Assembly (NCBI GenBank): GCA_964482995.1
Contig: CAYZZC010000002.1
Span: 1,074-65,073, forward strand
Direction of reading: 5' to 3'
Origin: an uncultured Candidatus Saccharibacteria bacterium
GTDB lineage: Bacteria; Patescibacteriota; Minisyncoccia; Phycocordibacterales; SBAW01
DNA: 64,000 nucleotides
A program made the position numbers and the translations under genes. The notes below the pieces were generated by a model. It had not been told where the DNA came from. It did not search any database and worked only from the letters and a program-made list of their open reading frames with translations. Positions 36,955 to 45,805 of the stretch are shown piece by piece. Within the stretch, counting starts at the first letter, position 1, and every line of letters starts with the position of its first letter.

Positions 36955-37420
36955 AGAGGTCCTGCGTGCAACTAACGCTGCGCGCAAAGAAGGTAAAAAA
37001 ATAGTCGCTACAAACGGCTGTTTTGACATCATGCATGTGGGCCACGTACAAAGCTTTACTCAAGCAAAAAAACTGGGGGATATTTTGGTAGTGGGTATAA
37101 ACTCAGACGCCTCAGTCCGCACCAATAAGGGCGACCTGAGGCCGATAGTCCCCGAGCGCGACCGAGCCACGGTGGTAGCGGCTCTTGCGGTGGTAGACTA
37201 TGTATTTATTTTTCCTGAAAAAACTCCTTTCTCCTGGATAAAAAAGATGCGCCCAGATATCCAGGTGAAGGGTGTTGATACAAAAAACCATCCTGACTTC
37301 GCCGCTCAAAAGCGCACACTCGAAAAAATCGGCGCCAAGTTCGTACTGCTCCCGTTGGTTAAAGGCAAATCAACGACAAAAATTATTGAAAAGATAACCC
37401 GCGCGTACAACAAAAATTAG
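36932..37420 (+). CDS. Cytidylyltransferase-fold adenylyltransferase, HldC/RfaE-domain-II-like (D-beta-D-heptose-1-phosphate adenylyltransferase)
   Basis: IVATNGCFDIMHVGHVQ (HxGH motif) and VVGINSDASVR. Confidence 0.75.
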   Translation: MNKVKTLKEVLRATNAARKEGKKIVATNGCFDIMHVGHVQSFTQAKKLGDILVVGINSDASVRTNKGDLRPIVPERDRATVVAALAVVDYVFIFPEKTPFSWIKKMRPDIQVKGVDTKNHPDFAAQKRTLEKIGAKFVLLPLVKGKSTTKIIEKITRAYNKN

Positions 37421-37794
37421 CTCTTTTTCTGGCTGTCACCCTTGCCGATGCGGTAGGAGTCGCTCTCTTCGTGGGTGGTAGAAACCTCTACAATGACCGA
37501 AGGCTCAAGTGCCACAAGCTGGTGGGGGGTTGAGGGCGGGATATGCACTACGCTGCCAGGCCCAAGCTCGGTTATGATGCGGTCTGCGTTGGCGAGGTTG
37601 TAGTACCTTAGCTCTAGTTTGCCATCGAGCACATACCAAGCCTCATCTTTTTTCTTGTGGTAGTGGTCGCTAAACGTGGCTCCCTTGTTAAACTTAAGGA
37701 GCTTGCCGCAGTACTTCTCGGTATTGATGATCCATATCTCGGCCCCCCAGCCCTTGGGGTGTATCTCCGCCTGTAGTATCTCTAAGTCGCTCAT
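37417..37794 (-). CDS. Cupin-domain protein (possible sugar isomerase/epimerase)
   Basis: GKLELRYY...GPGSVVHIPPSTPHQL is a two-motif cupin signature. 125 aa. Confidence 0.55.
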   Translation of the reverse strand: MSDLEILQAEIHPKGWGAEIWIINTEKYCGKLLKFNKGATFSDHYHKKKDEAWYVLDGKLELRYYNLANADRIITELGPGSVVHIPPSTPHQLVALEPSVIVEVSTTHEESDSYRIGKGDSQKKS

Positions 37795-37880
37795 ATTGTG
37801 CGCTTACCCTACCATAACCAATTATTTCTTCCATAGGTTGCCCGGTTGCCCTTCAATTTTGAAAACAGTACTATACGGCC

Positions 37881-38243
37881 ATGCAAGGCGCGGCTATTAT
37901 TATAGGTGTTGGTGTCGATGTGGTGGAAATTGACAATATACAAAAAGCTCGGTTTAAAAAGAGGCTTGCCGAATATTTTTTAACCCCGCAGGAGATTAAA
38001 CTTATGCCCAAGGGGTCAAAAGTATCTCAGTATATTGCCTCCCGCTTTGCGCTAAAGGAGGCGGTCATCAAAGCATTTCCCGAAAGTCTTTCGCCTTTTG
38101 ATTTTAGGATTGAGAAGAGAGGTGGGCGGCCTGTGGTGGTATTTATTGACTCGCACCAGAATAAAAAATATAAAATATTTGCGAGCTTGACGCACACTGC
38201 GCACATTGCTGCCGCGGTCGCGATCGTACATACAAAGAAATAG
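37881..38243 (+). CDS. acpS: Holo-[acyl-carrier-protein] synthase (4'-phosphopantetheinyl transferase)
   Basis: IIGVGVDVVEIDNI, FALKEAVIKAF and SLTHTAHIAAAVAIV are typical AcpS motifs. 120 aa. Confidence 0.75.
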   Translation: MQGAAIIIGVGVDVVEIDNIQKARFKKRLAEYFLTPQEIKLMPKGSKVSQYIASRFALKEAVIKAFPESLSPFDFRIEKRGGRPVVVFIDSHQNKKYKIFASLTHTAHIAAAVAIVHTKK

Positions 38244-38245
38244 AT

Positions 38246-39949
38246 ATGCACCCACTCTCCTATATCAGTTCCTATATGCGCCGCCCCAAGCTTGCCCCAA
38301 AGGGCATGCGGGCTGTCTCGATCAACCTCATCACCAACTTTACAGACGATGTGCTCGAACGTGTACTCGGCGGGATGTGTCTCGCAGAAGACGTCTACCC
38401 AAATATTACCCGCGCACCATATAAACAGTATGCCCTTGCATTTAAAAATAAAAAAAGTGAAATCAATACGTCAAAACCAGACATATCCTACATTTTTTTT
38501 GACGCAAGCCCGTACAAACAGTCCGAATTTTTAGATCCCGCGCATAGAAAAGAGATACTCGCAGACATTGAACGCTATGCACGGGCGACAGGCGGAGCTA
38601 CTATTGTCTGCCTATTTGCTTTGCCGTACCATGGCGCATACGGCCATCATTTTGCCGAGGAGCCGCTTTTTGTTGCGCTATCCGATCTTAATACAAAACT
38701 AAAAGTACTAGCGAAGAAAAACGCTAGTATCCATATTTTTGACACAAATAAAGTGATAGCCCAGGTGGGAGAAACTCATGCGCGTGACTTACGTGGCCAT
38801 CATGCGTTTGATATGCCCTTTACTACCGACTTTCTTACAGCACTCGCTGCATCCTGGCTCACATATGCGCGCGCAATTCTTGGGCTTTCGCGCAAATGTA
38901 TTGTGTTAGACCTCGACAATACCATTTGGGGCGGGATTGTTGGCGAAGAAGGAGCGCTTGGTGTAATACTCGGGCACGAGTATCCTGGCATCGCGTATCA
39001 GAACTTCCAGCGAGCGCTTCTCTCTATGTGGGAGCGCGGAGTAATCCTAGCTATAAACAGCAAAAACAATGAGGCAGACGTTGATGAAGTGTTTAAGAAA
39101 AACCCGCACATGATTTTAAAAAAAGAGCATATCGCCGTTATTCGGGCAAACTGGGAGGACAAAACCCAAAATATCAGAGAGATAGCGCAGGAGCTCAATA
39201 TAGGCCTCGATAGCCTCGTGTTTATCGATGACTCACCACTTGAGCGGGAGCGTATGCGCACAGAGGTTCCCGAGGTTATGACACCTGAGTGGAGTTTGGA
39301 GCCTGAGCACTACGCGAGAGAGCTTTTTTCGCTAAATGTATTTCACCAGATGTCTCTCACCACAGAGGATAAGAAAAAAGGTCAAATGTATGTTGAGGAA
39401 AACAAGCGAAAAAAAATACAGACAACTGCAAAAAACGTCGATGAGTACATTAAAAAGCTCAAAATTACTGTAACAGTTGCGCAGGGGCATGAGGTGGATA
39501 TTGCACGTGCGGCTCAACTGACTCAAAAAACAAACCAATTTAACCTCACCACCAAACGTTACTCTGAGGCCGATATTAGTCATATGATTAAAAAGGGCGA
39601 TATGGTAATCACTGGCGATGTCAGAGACATATTCGGTGGGTATGGTGTCGTTATCCTGGCGATCATAAAAATCGAAAAGAAACGTGCAACCCTTGATACA
39701 TTTTTAATGAGCTGTCGGGTTATGGGTCGAGGAGTGGAAGAGGTATTTTTTGAACATATAATTAAGCAGCTCCACGCAAAAGGCATGGAGACACTCAAAG
39801 CTTCTTTTATACCGACTCCCAAAAACAAACCCGCCTCGAAGTTCCTCTCCTCTGTTAGTATACACTCAGCTTCGCCCACGAAACTTGAGCCCTATATAAA
39901 AAAGATTGCCAAGCATAAGCAGAAACCTATTATCAGTATCACTTCTTAA
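38246..39949 (+). CDS. FkbH-like protein (HAD-IIIC family phosphatase/acyl-ACP loader)
   Basis: Central HAD motif I CIVLDLDNTIWGG, then INSKNNEADV and VFIDDSPLE. The 567-aa domain order matches FkbH/OzmB-type glyceryl-ACP loaders. Confidence 0.7.
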   Translation: MHPLSYISSYMRRPKLAPKGMRAVSINLITNFTDDVLERVLGGMCLAEDVYPNITRAPYKQYALAFKNKKSEINTSKPDISYIFFDASPYKQSEFLDPAHRKEILADIERYARATGGATIVCLFALPYHGAYGHHFAEEPLFVALSDLNTKLKVLAKKNASIHIFDTNKVIAQVGETHARDLRGHHAFDMPFTTDFLTALAASWLTYARAILGLSRKCIVLDLDNTIWGGIVGEEGALGVILGHEYPGIAYQNFQRALLSMWERGVILAINSKNNEADVDEVFKKNPHMILKKEHIAVIRANWEDKTQNIREIAQELNIGLDSLVFIDDSPLERERMRTEVPEVMTPEWSLEPEHYARELFSLNVFHQMSLTTEDKKKGQMYVEENKRKKIQTTAKNVDEYIKKLKITVTVAQGHEVDIARAAQLTQKTNQFNLTTKRYSEADISHMIKKGDMVITGDVRDIFGGYGVVILAIIKIEKKRATLDTFLMSCRVMGRGVEEVFFEHIIKQLHAKGMETLKASFIPTPKNKPASKFLSSVSIHSASPTKLEPYIKKIAKHKQKPIISITS

Positions 39950-39950
39950 T

Positions 39951-40181
39951 ATGGACACCCTCAAACACATTTTCTCCTCAATTCTTGGTGTGCCTGAGGC
40001 GCGCGTTGTGGACTCGCTCTCGCCAGAGAACACCGCAACTTGGGATTCGCTCAATGCGATTATTTTACTCACCGAGATAGAGAAGGCCTTTAACGTGAAG
40101 TTTACGTTCGACGAGGCGATGGCAGTAAAGAATTTTGGCGGGGCCGTGGCACTTATCCGCTCTAAAGGTGGCAAAGTATAA
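39951..40181 (+). CDS. Acyl carrier protein (discrete, 76 aa)
   Basis: TWDSLNAIILLTEIEKAF contains the DSL phosphopantetheine-attachment serine; ATG 2 nt after the fkbH-like stop. Confidence 0.75.
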   Translation: MDTLKHIFSSILGVPEARVVDSLSPENTATWDSLNAIILLTEIEKAFNVKFTFDEAMAVKNFGGAVALIRSKGGKV

Positions 40182-40187
40182 ACTTAT

Positions 40188-40610
40188 ATGCCCGCCGTAT
40201 CTAAAAAATTTTCAGATATTATGGTTGGGGAGCGTGCCCAGTTTGAAATTAATATTACGGAAAAGTTAGTGGATGAGTTTGCAAAAGTCTCTGGCGACTA
40301 TAATCCGCTCCATACCGACGAAGCATATGCAAAAAACTCTCCGCTTGGTGGGCGTATTGCGCACGGCATGATCGCAGGCGCGCTGTTTTCTCGCCTACTC
40401 GGTATGTATCTCCCTGGAGAGAAATGCCTTTATTTATCACAGTCACTTTTTTTTAGAAAACCGATCAGGATAGGCACAGAGGTGATTGTGTTAGGGGAGG
40501 TCCAGCATAAAACAGACTCACTCCAAGCGCTCACTATAAGAACGTGCGTATCCAACAAACAAACAAGCGAAGCACTCGTCGACGGTGAAGCTATAGTCAA
40601 AATGTTATGA
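40188..40610 (+). CDS. MaoC-like hotdog-fold dehydratase
   Basis: DYNPLHTDEAYA matches the (R)-hydratase DxNPxHxD motif. 140 aa. Confidence 0.75.
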   Translation: MPAVSKKFSDIMVGERAQFEINITEKLVDEFAKVSGDYNPLHTDEAYAKNSPLGGRIAHGMIAGALFSRLLGMYLPGEKCLYLSQSLFFRKPIRIGTEVIVLGEVQHKTDSLQALTIRTCVSNKQTSEALVDGEAIVKML

Positions 40611-41353
40611 CCAAAAAAAACGGAAAAGTAGTCTTGTTGAGCGGCGGGATGGGTGGTGTGGGGAGTGCCATAGCAACGCTGCTTATAGAAAGTGGCTATC
40701 AGGTAGCTCTTTTATACAGGAGCTCCTCGGAGGGTGAGGTGTTGGAGAAAAAAGGAACACTTGGGGAGCTGTCTTTTTTTGTTCAATGTGATGTTGCAAA
40801 TTTTAGAGAGACTGAGTTTGCGGTCAAAAAAGTCCTCGATCATTTCGGATCTATTGATATATGCATCCATGCTGCGGTTGGGAAGATTACCAGAAAGCCG
40901 ATACTCGACATGAAGGCGGAGGAATTTAGGGATGAGTTTGAAGCGGGTTTGTTTGGAGCCTTTAATCTTTTTTCTTCCGCTCTGCCTTCAATGAAAAAGC
41001 ATGGTGGGGGTATGCTTATCGGTATCACTTCCTCAACTATCGAGATTGGTAGCGGAGCTCGTATGGGGGCCTACAGCACGGCAAAATATGCTTTGCGCGG
41101 TTTACTCCGCGAACTCTATAAAGAACTTAAGGCTGAAAATATTGATGTGTATGCCGTAGCGCCTGACCTTCTCAAAACCGATCTCACTGCAGATTTGCCA
41201 GAGAAATATTTTGAGTTTGCAGAGGCAAAAACACACCAAAAGAAATTAATGATCCCAGAAGATGTGGCAAAAGTTGTTCTTTCTGTATGCCAGGGCGCAG
41301 TAAAGAGCGGGAGCTCAATACTTGTCTCGACAGGTGTGGCGACTGCGTTATAA
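40607..41353 (+). CDS. SDR-family oxidoreductase (ketoreductase, FabG-like)
   Basis: LLSGGMGGVGSAIA glycine-rich motif, YSTAKYALRGL (YxxxK). ATGA overlap with maoC. Confidence 0.8.
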   Translation: MTKKNGKVVLLSGGMGGVGSAIATLLIESGYQVALLYRSSSEGEVLEKKGTLGELSFFVQCDVANFRETEFAVKKVLDHFGSIDICIHAAVGKITRKPILDMKAEEFRDEFEAGLFGAFNLFSSALPSMKKHGGGMLIGITSSTIEIGSGARMGAYSTAKYALRGLLRELYKELKAENIDVYAVAPDLLKTDLTADLPEKYFEFAEAKTHQKKLMIPEDVAKVVLSVCQGAVKSGSSILVSTGVATAL

Positions 41354-41362
41354 TCCCGACAC

Positions 41363-42823
41363 ATGCTTTTTAACTCGATTCCTTTTCTTGTATTTTTTCC
41401 CGTTGTCTTCTTTTTGTATTGGGCCTTACCAGGCAAGGTACGCCCTTTTCTTCTGCTTCTTGCGAGCTGCTATTTCTACATGGCATTTGTGCCGTACTAC
41501 ATTCTCGTCTTATTTTTTCTTATCACCGTTGATTATGTTCTGGCATTTTATATCGAAAGAGGAGGTGCCTATAAAAAATTATATCTCTACGTAGCGATCC
41601 TATCCAATGTAGGCCTCCTGTTTGTATTTAAATACTTCAACTTTTTCGATGACAATATAACAGCTCTTGCACAAACACTTCATTGGAACTATTCACTTGG
41701 TGCGCTCTCGCTTATTCTGCCGCTTGGTCTCTCGTTTCATATCTTTCAAAGCCTGGCCTATATTATTGAGGTCTATAAGGGTCGATACAATCCTGAGCGC
41801 AACTACCTCACCTATGCGCTCTATGTGATGTTCTTCCCGCAACTAGTGGCCGGCCCGATTGAGCGTCCTGCACAACTTCTCCCACAGCTTAAAACAACAC
41901 AGCAGTTCAGGTACAGCCAGGTCGTATCGGGCTTGCGTTTAATGATGTGGGGATTCTTTAAGAAAATTGTCATTGCTAATAACCTCGCGATTCTTGTTAC
42001 TTTTGTATATGCACGCTCGGGCACCGCAGACGCCTCAGTATTGTTGGTAGCCGTTTTCGCATTCTCGATCCAGCTCTATGCCGATTTTTCGGGGTACTCC
42101 GATATAGCAGTTGGCTCGGCTCGGATGCTTGGTATCGAGCTCGTACAGAACTTTAAACAACCTTACTTTTCGCGCTCGATTGCAGAGTTTTGGCGGCGCT
42201 GGCATATTTCGCTCTCCTCCTGGTTTCGCGACTATGTATATCTCCCGCTTGCATGGAAATACTCTGCTCGCCCGTGGGGCCTGTACGGCGCAGTCGTTTT
42301 TACTTTTGTGTTGACAGGTGTTTGGCACGGTGCGGGATGGAACTATGCCGCAATGGGCTTATTGTTTGGACTCTATATCTGTGTAGGTATGTGGACGAAA
42401 AATTGGCGTGACTCAGTTGCAAAAAAAATAGGATTAGGAGAAGGGCTGCGAGCGATTTTTCAGATAGGCACCACATTTATTTTGACCACGTTTGCATGGA
42501 TATTTTTTAGGTCAGCAAACCTGCAAGAAGCGCTGATGATCATTCGCCGTTTGTTAACAGAGTGGGGAAGCGACGCATTCCATTTTCTCCTTTGCGGTGA
42601 CTACTGCTCTTTTTATATGCTAGGTGTAGGTAAGAAGACTCTTCTTATGATAGGTCTTTCGGTCGCGATACTTTTTATTGTTGAATACGTACAACAATCA
42701 GCTACTACGCCGCGCCTCTGGCAGTATCGCGCGGTTAGATGGGGTTCTTATTACCTGCTCCTCGTGTGGACTCTTCTTATAGGCTACTTTGCACCGACAA
42801 TATTTATCTACTTCCAATTTTAA
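41363..42823 (+). CDS. MBOAT-family membrane O-acyltransferase (DltB/AlgI-like)
   Basis: Polytopic, with FWRRWHISLSSWFRDYVYLPL containing the conserved MBOAT histidine. Confidence 0.85.
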   Translation: MLFNSIPFLVFFPVVFFLYWALPGKVRPFLLLLASCYFYMAFVPYYILVLFFLITVDYVLAFYIERGGAYKKLYLYVAILSNVGLLFVFKYFNFFDDNITALAQTLHWNYSLGALSLILPLGLSFHIFQSLAYIIEVYKGRYNPERNYLTYALYVMFFPQLVAGPIERPAQLLPQLKTTQQFRYSQVVSGLRLMMWGFFKKIVIANNLAILVTFVYARSGTADASVLLVAVFAFSIQLYADFSGYSDIAVGSARMLGIELVQNFKQPYFSRSIAEFWRRWHISLSSWFRDYVYLPLAWKYSARPWGLYGAVVFTFVLTGVWHGAGWNYAAMGLLFGLYICVGMWTKNWRDSVAKKIGLGEGLRAIFQIGTTFILTTFAWIFFRSANLQEALMIIRRLLTEWGSDAFHFLLCGDYCSFYMLGVGKKTLLMIGLSVAILFIVEYVQQSATTPRLWQYRAVRWGSYYLLLVWTLLIGYFAPTIFIYFQF

Positions 42824-42827
42824 CTAT

Positions 42828-43985
42828 ATGCCTCTATTTATAAAAAATATCCTCATGTTTCTTACACCAATCGCGCTGGTGTTTGCGCCGGCAGTTATCG
42901 TCCTTACTGCTTCCGGTGAGTTTTATTCAACACAAAAGGTGGGAGAGTTGGCGCGCAGCAGGGAAACAATTGTTGTTGGTGCCGCCTACAGCAACACGAG
43001 GGGTGACTACCAATTGCAAGAGACCTTCATTCGTAAACCAGAAGTCATTGCCCTTGGCACCTCGCGGGTAGGAGGCTTCCGCGCAGTCTTTTTTAAAGAC
43101 CCTGCTGTTTTTTATAATGACACTGGCACAGGAGGAGTACTCAGCAACTTCAGATATTTCTTGGAGAAGGTTTCTGACAACTCGCCGAAGATTATCATCG
43201 CAGGCATGGACCCTTATTTTTTTAGCCCTGAAGAAGTCGCACGAAACAGTGTGGTCACAAGGCCCGACCCTTTTGTTGCTTATATCTCACCCCACCGCCC
43301 ATTTTTTGAGGGCCTCTTTTTGGGAGGCGGGTGGTGGAGGATATATCCCGATTACTTCTCAGATAAATTTTCTTTGAGTGATGTATTTGGTGCGCAGTAT
43401 GCGAATACAACATACATTGGCTTGCGCGCAGTTGCCGACGGTAACGGGTTCTTAAACGACGGCAGCAATTACTTTGGTGATGTTATTAGCAGCAAAGAGA
43501 AGCAACAAAATGCACGTGCGAGTATCGAGGCTCTAGCAGCAAGTATCTCTGAAACGAGCGGCGACGAGTACGGGAGTGGCATTTCACCAGAAGCCCTTGC
43601 TGAAGTACGCAGGTTCTTAGATACTACAAAAAAACAGGGGAGTTACGTAATTGGCTTTATACCGCCGCTTTCGCACGCGCAGTATGAGCGGCTAAAAGAA
43701 TTCCCTAATGCGCCCTATGCCTACGCTTTTAAAAATCTAGGACCAGTATTAACTAACCTCTATAAGGAATATGGCTACGATTTCTATGATTTTACGGACA
43801 TTACTGCCTTTGGTGGCTCGGACAGCGAGATGGTAGAGTCTAAGCACGGGTCAGAAAAGCTGTATCTGCGGATGTTTATAAAGATGGCGCAGATAAATAA
43901 ACAGCTTGGCGCTTTAGTGGACACGAGGTACCTTACAAAGAGGCTGCAAAGCGCAGAAAGCAATCTCGTTGTATTTCCTCTATGA
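42828..43985 (+). CDS. DltD/AlgJ-like membrane-anchored partner of the MBOAT (SGNH-like extracytoplasmic acyltransferase)
   Basis: N-terminal TM anchor, then IALGTSRVGG with a candidate catalytic Ser. Size (385 aa) and position immediately after the MBOAT mirror dltB-dltD. Confidence 0.5.
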   Translation: MPLFIKNILMFLTPIALVFAPAVIVLTASGEFYSTQKVGELARSRETIVVGAAYSNTRGDYQLQETFIRKPEVIALGTSRVGGFRAVFFKDPAVFYNDTGTGGVLSNFRYFLEKVSDNSPKIIIAGMDPYFFSPEEVARNSVVTRPDPFVAYISPHRPFFEGLFLGGGWWRIYPDYFSDKFSLSDVFGAQYANTTYIGLRAVADGNGFLNDGSNYFGDVISSKEKQQNARASIEALAASISETSGDEYGSGISPEALAEVRRFLDTTKKQGSYVIGFIPPLSHAQYERLKEFPNAPYAYAFKNLGPVLTNLYKEYGYDFYDFTDITAFGGSDSEMVESKHGSEKLYLRMFIKMAQINKQLGALVDTRYLTKRLQSAESNLVVFPL

Positions 43986-45055
43986 CAATCCATTACTTTA
44001 CCTTTAGCAATGTGCAGGGCGGCTCCTCCCGGCAGCGCGCATTTCGAGTCGTAGATGAGCTGCGCGCGCGCGGGCTCTCAGTCGTTATTCATACACCTCC
44101 CGTACTCGATATATCGCGCACGCGTTGGCCAAAAAAATTCTTGCTTATATTGCAGGTAGTCCGCTCACTCTTTTCGATCAAAAAGGGTGACATTATTTAC
44201 CTACAGCGCACGATCTCAAACAAATATTTTTTTGTGATTATGGTTGCGTATATTTGGTTTTTTAGACGGAAAATGATTTTTGACCTTGACGACCCGGTCT
44301 GGCTCCATAGCTTTTTTAAGACAAAAATGTTTACTAAGATGGCTGATGTTGTTGTCACTTGCTCACATGCACAAGCTGAGTGGGCGAGACAGTTTAATAA
44401 AAACGTACACATAATCCACATCGCCCTTGACCTTGCGGCCTACAAAAAATTCACCAAAGACTATACTACCAAATCGACTCCTGTGGTAATTGGGTGGGTA
44501 GGGACTGGGCCCGAGCACCTTTATAACCTCCAAGATCTCGCAGCTGTTTTTGAACAACTTTTAAAAAAGAGCCCCATCCCGTTTAAGTTTGTGCTTATCG
44601 GAGCGCTCAAAAACAAAAAGGTGTATGAGGTATTTCAAACTATTCCTGGCCTCAATGTCGAGTTTATAGACGCGCTTGACTGGAACAACCCCGAGAGCGT
44701 GCCGCGAGAGATCCAAAAATTTGATATTGGTGTCCTACCGCACAAAGCGGAGGGTGAGTGGAACAAGGCTAAAACCTCTTTCAAGATCCTTGAGTACATG
44801 GCGTGCGGGGTTGCCTCAGTGGTGAGCGATTTTGGCGAGATGCCGTACATTGTCACTGACGGCACAAACGGCTTTCTCTCTTCTTCTCAAGAGGAGTGGG
44901 CAGAGAAGTTGGAGCAGCTCATTGCAGACAAAGATTTGCGTGCGCGGCTTGGGAAGGCTGGGCAAGAGCGAGTGCGAGAAGAATATTCTTTTGACGCAAT
45001 TATCCCGCGGCTTATAGAAATTTTTAAGACTCTCGAGCGTGTGCCCAATCGATAA
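43982..45055 (+). CDS. Glycosyltransferase family 4/1
   Basis: C-terminal FKILEYMACGVASVVSDFGEMPYIVTDGTNGFL (EX7E region). Confidence 0.7.
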   Translation: MTIHYFTFSNVQGGSSRQRAFRVVDELRARGLSVVIHTPPVLDISRTRWPKKFLLILQVVRSLFSIKKGDIIYLQRTISNKYFFVIMVAYIWFFRRKMIFDLDDPVWLHSFFKTKMFTKMADVVVTCSHAQAEWARQFNKNVHIIHIALDLAAYKKFTKDYTTKSTPVVIGWVGTGPEHLYNLQDLAAVFEQLLKKSPIPFKFVLIGALKNKKVYEVFQTIPGLNVEFIDALDWNNPESVPREIQKFDIGVLPHKAEGEWNKAKTSFKILEYMACGVASVVSDFGEMPYIVTDGTNGFLSSSQEEWAEKLEQLIADKDLRARLGKAGQERVREEYSFDAIIPRLIEIFKTLERVPNR

Positions 45056-45740
45056 CCTCTTTGAGTGAGTTGCGCGTTCCTGCGTCAGACCAAAACCCAG
45101 TGTGTATATGGTGTGCACAGCGACCGTTGGTGACGTACCAGTTGTTTACGTCGGTAAGCTCTAACTCGCCACGAGCAGATGGTTTGAGGGTAGGGATAAT
45201 ATCAAATACGTTTGGCGGGTAGATGTAGAAACCGGTGACCGCGTAGTTGCTCTTAGGCTCTTTCGGCTTTTCTTCTATGCCGACAATCTTTCCATCCTTA
45301 AGTTCCGGTACGCCAAAGCGCGAGGCGTCCGGCACGAGCGATAAAAATAGCATCGCGTCTGTAGAACCGACGCTCGGTGGCAAGGTGGCAGGGAAGGCAG
45401 TGTAATCAAATATATTGTCACCAAGAATAACCGCGACAGAGTCTGACCCCACAAAGTCTTTGGCCAAGCTCAGCGCTTGTGCGATGCCGCCGGCCTCTTT
45501 TTGAACACGGTAGGTGAGCTGCACTCCGTAGTCGGAGCCGTCGCCTAGAAACTCCGCAATAGAGCCTATATGGTCGCCACCAGTTACGATCATGATATCC
45601 GTGATGCCCGCATATTTGAGCGTCTCAAGCGGGTAGAGGATCATGGGGCGGTTAAGGATGGGCACCATGTGCTTGTTTATAGTAAAAGTCGCCGGCTGAA
45701 GCCGAGTCCCTTTACCCCCCGCTAATATGAGACCTTTCAT
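45024..45740 (-). CDS. rmlA: Glucose-1-phosphate thymidylyltransferase-like nucleotidyltransferase (short RmlA-type)
   Basis: MKGLILAGGKGTRLQP...PMI signature and AVILGDNIF. Confidence 0.75.
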   Translation of the reverse strand: MKGLILAGGKGTRLQPATFTINKHMVPILNRPMILYPLETLKYAGITDIMIVTGGDHIGSIAEFLGDGSDYGVQLTYRVQKEAGGIAQALSLAKDFVGSDSVAVILGDNIFDYTAFPATLPPSVGSTDAMLFLSLVPDASRFGVPELKDGKIVGIEEKPKEPKSNYAVTGFYIYPPNVFDIIPTLKPSARGELELTDVNNWYVTNGRCAHHIHTGFWSDAGTRNSLKEVIDWAHARES

Positions 45741-45805
45741 AACGCTCAGAGTTATAACAGATAACAAGAGACAAGTACACAGGTTTCTGGTATTGTCGAT
45801 CCATT

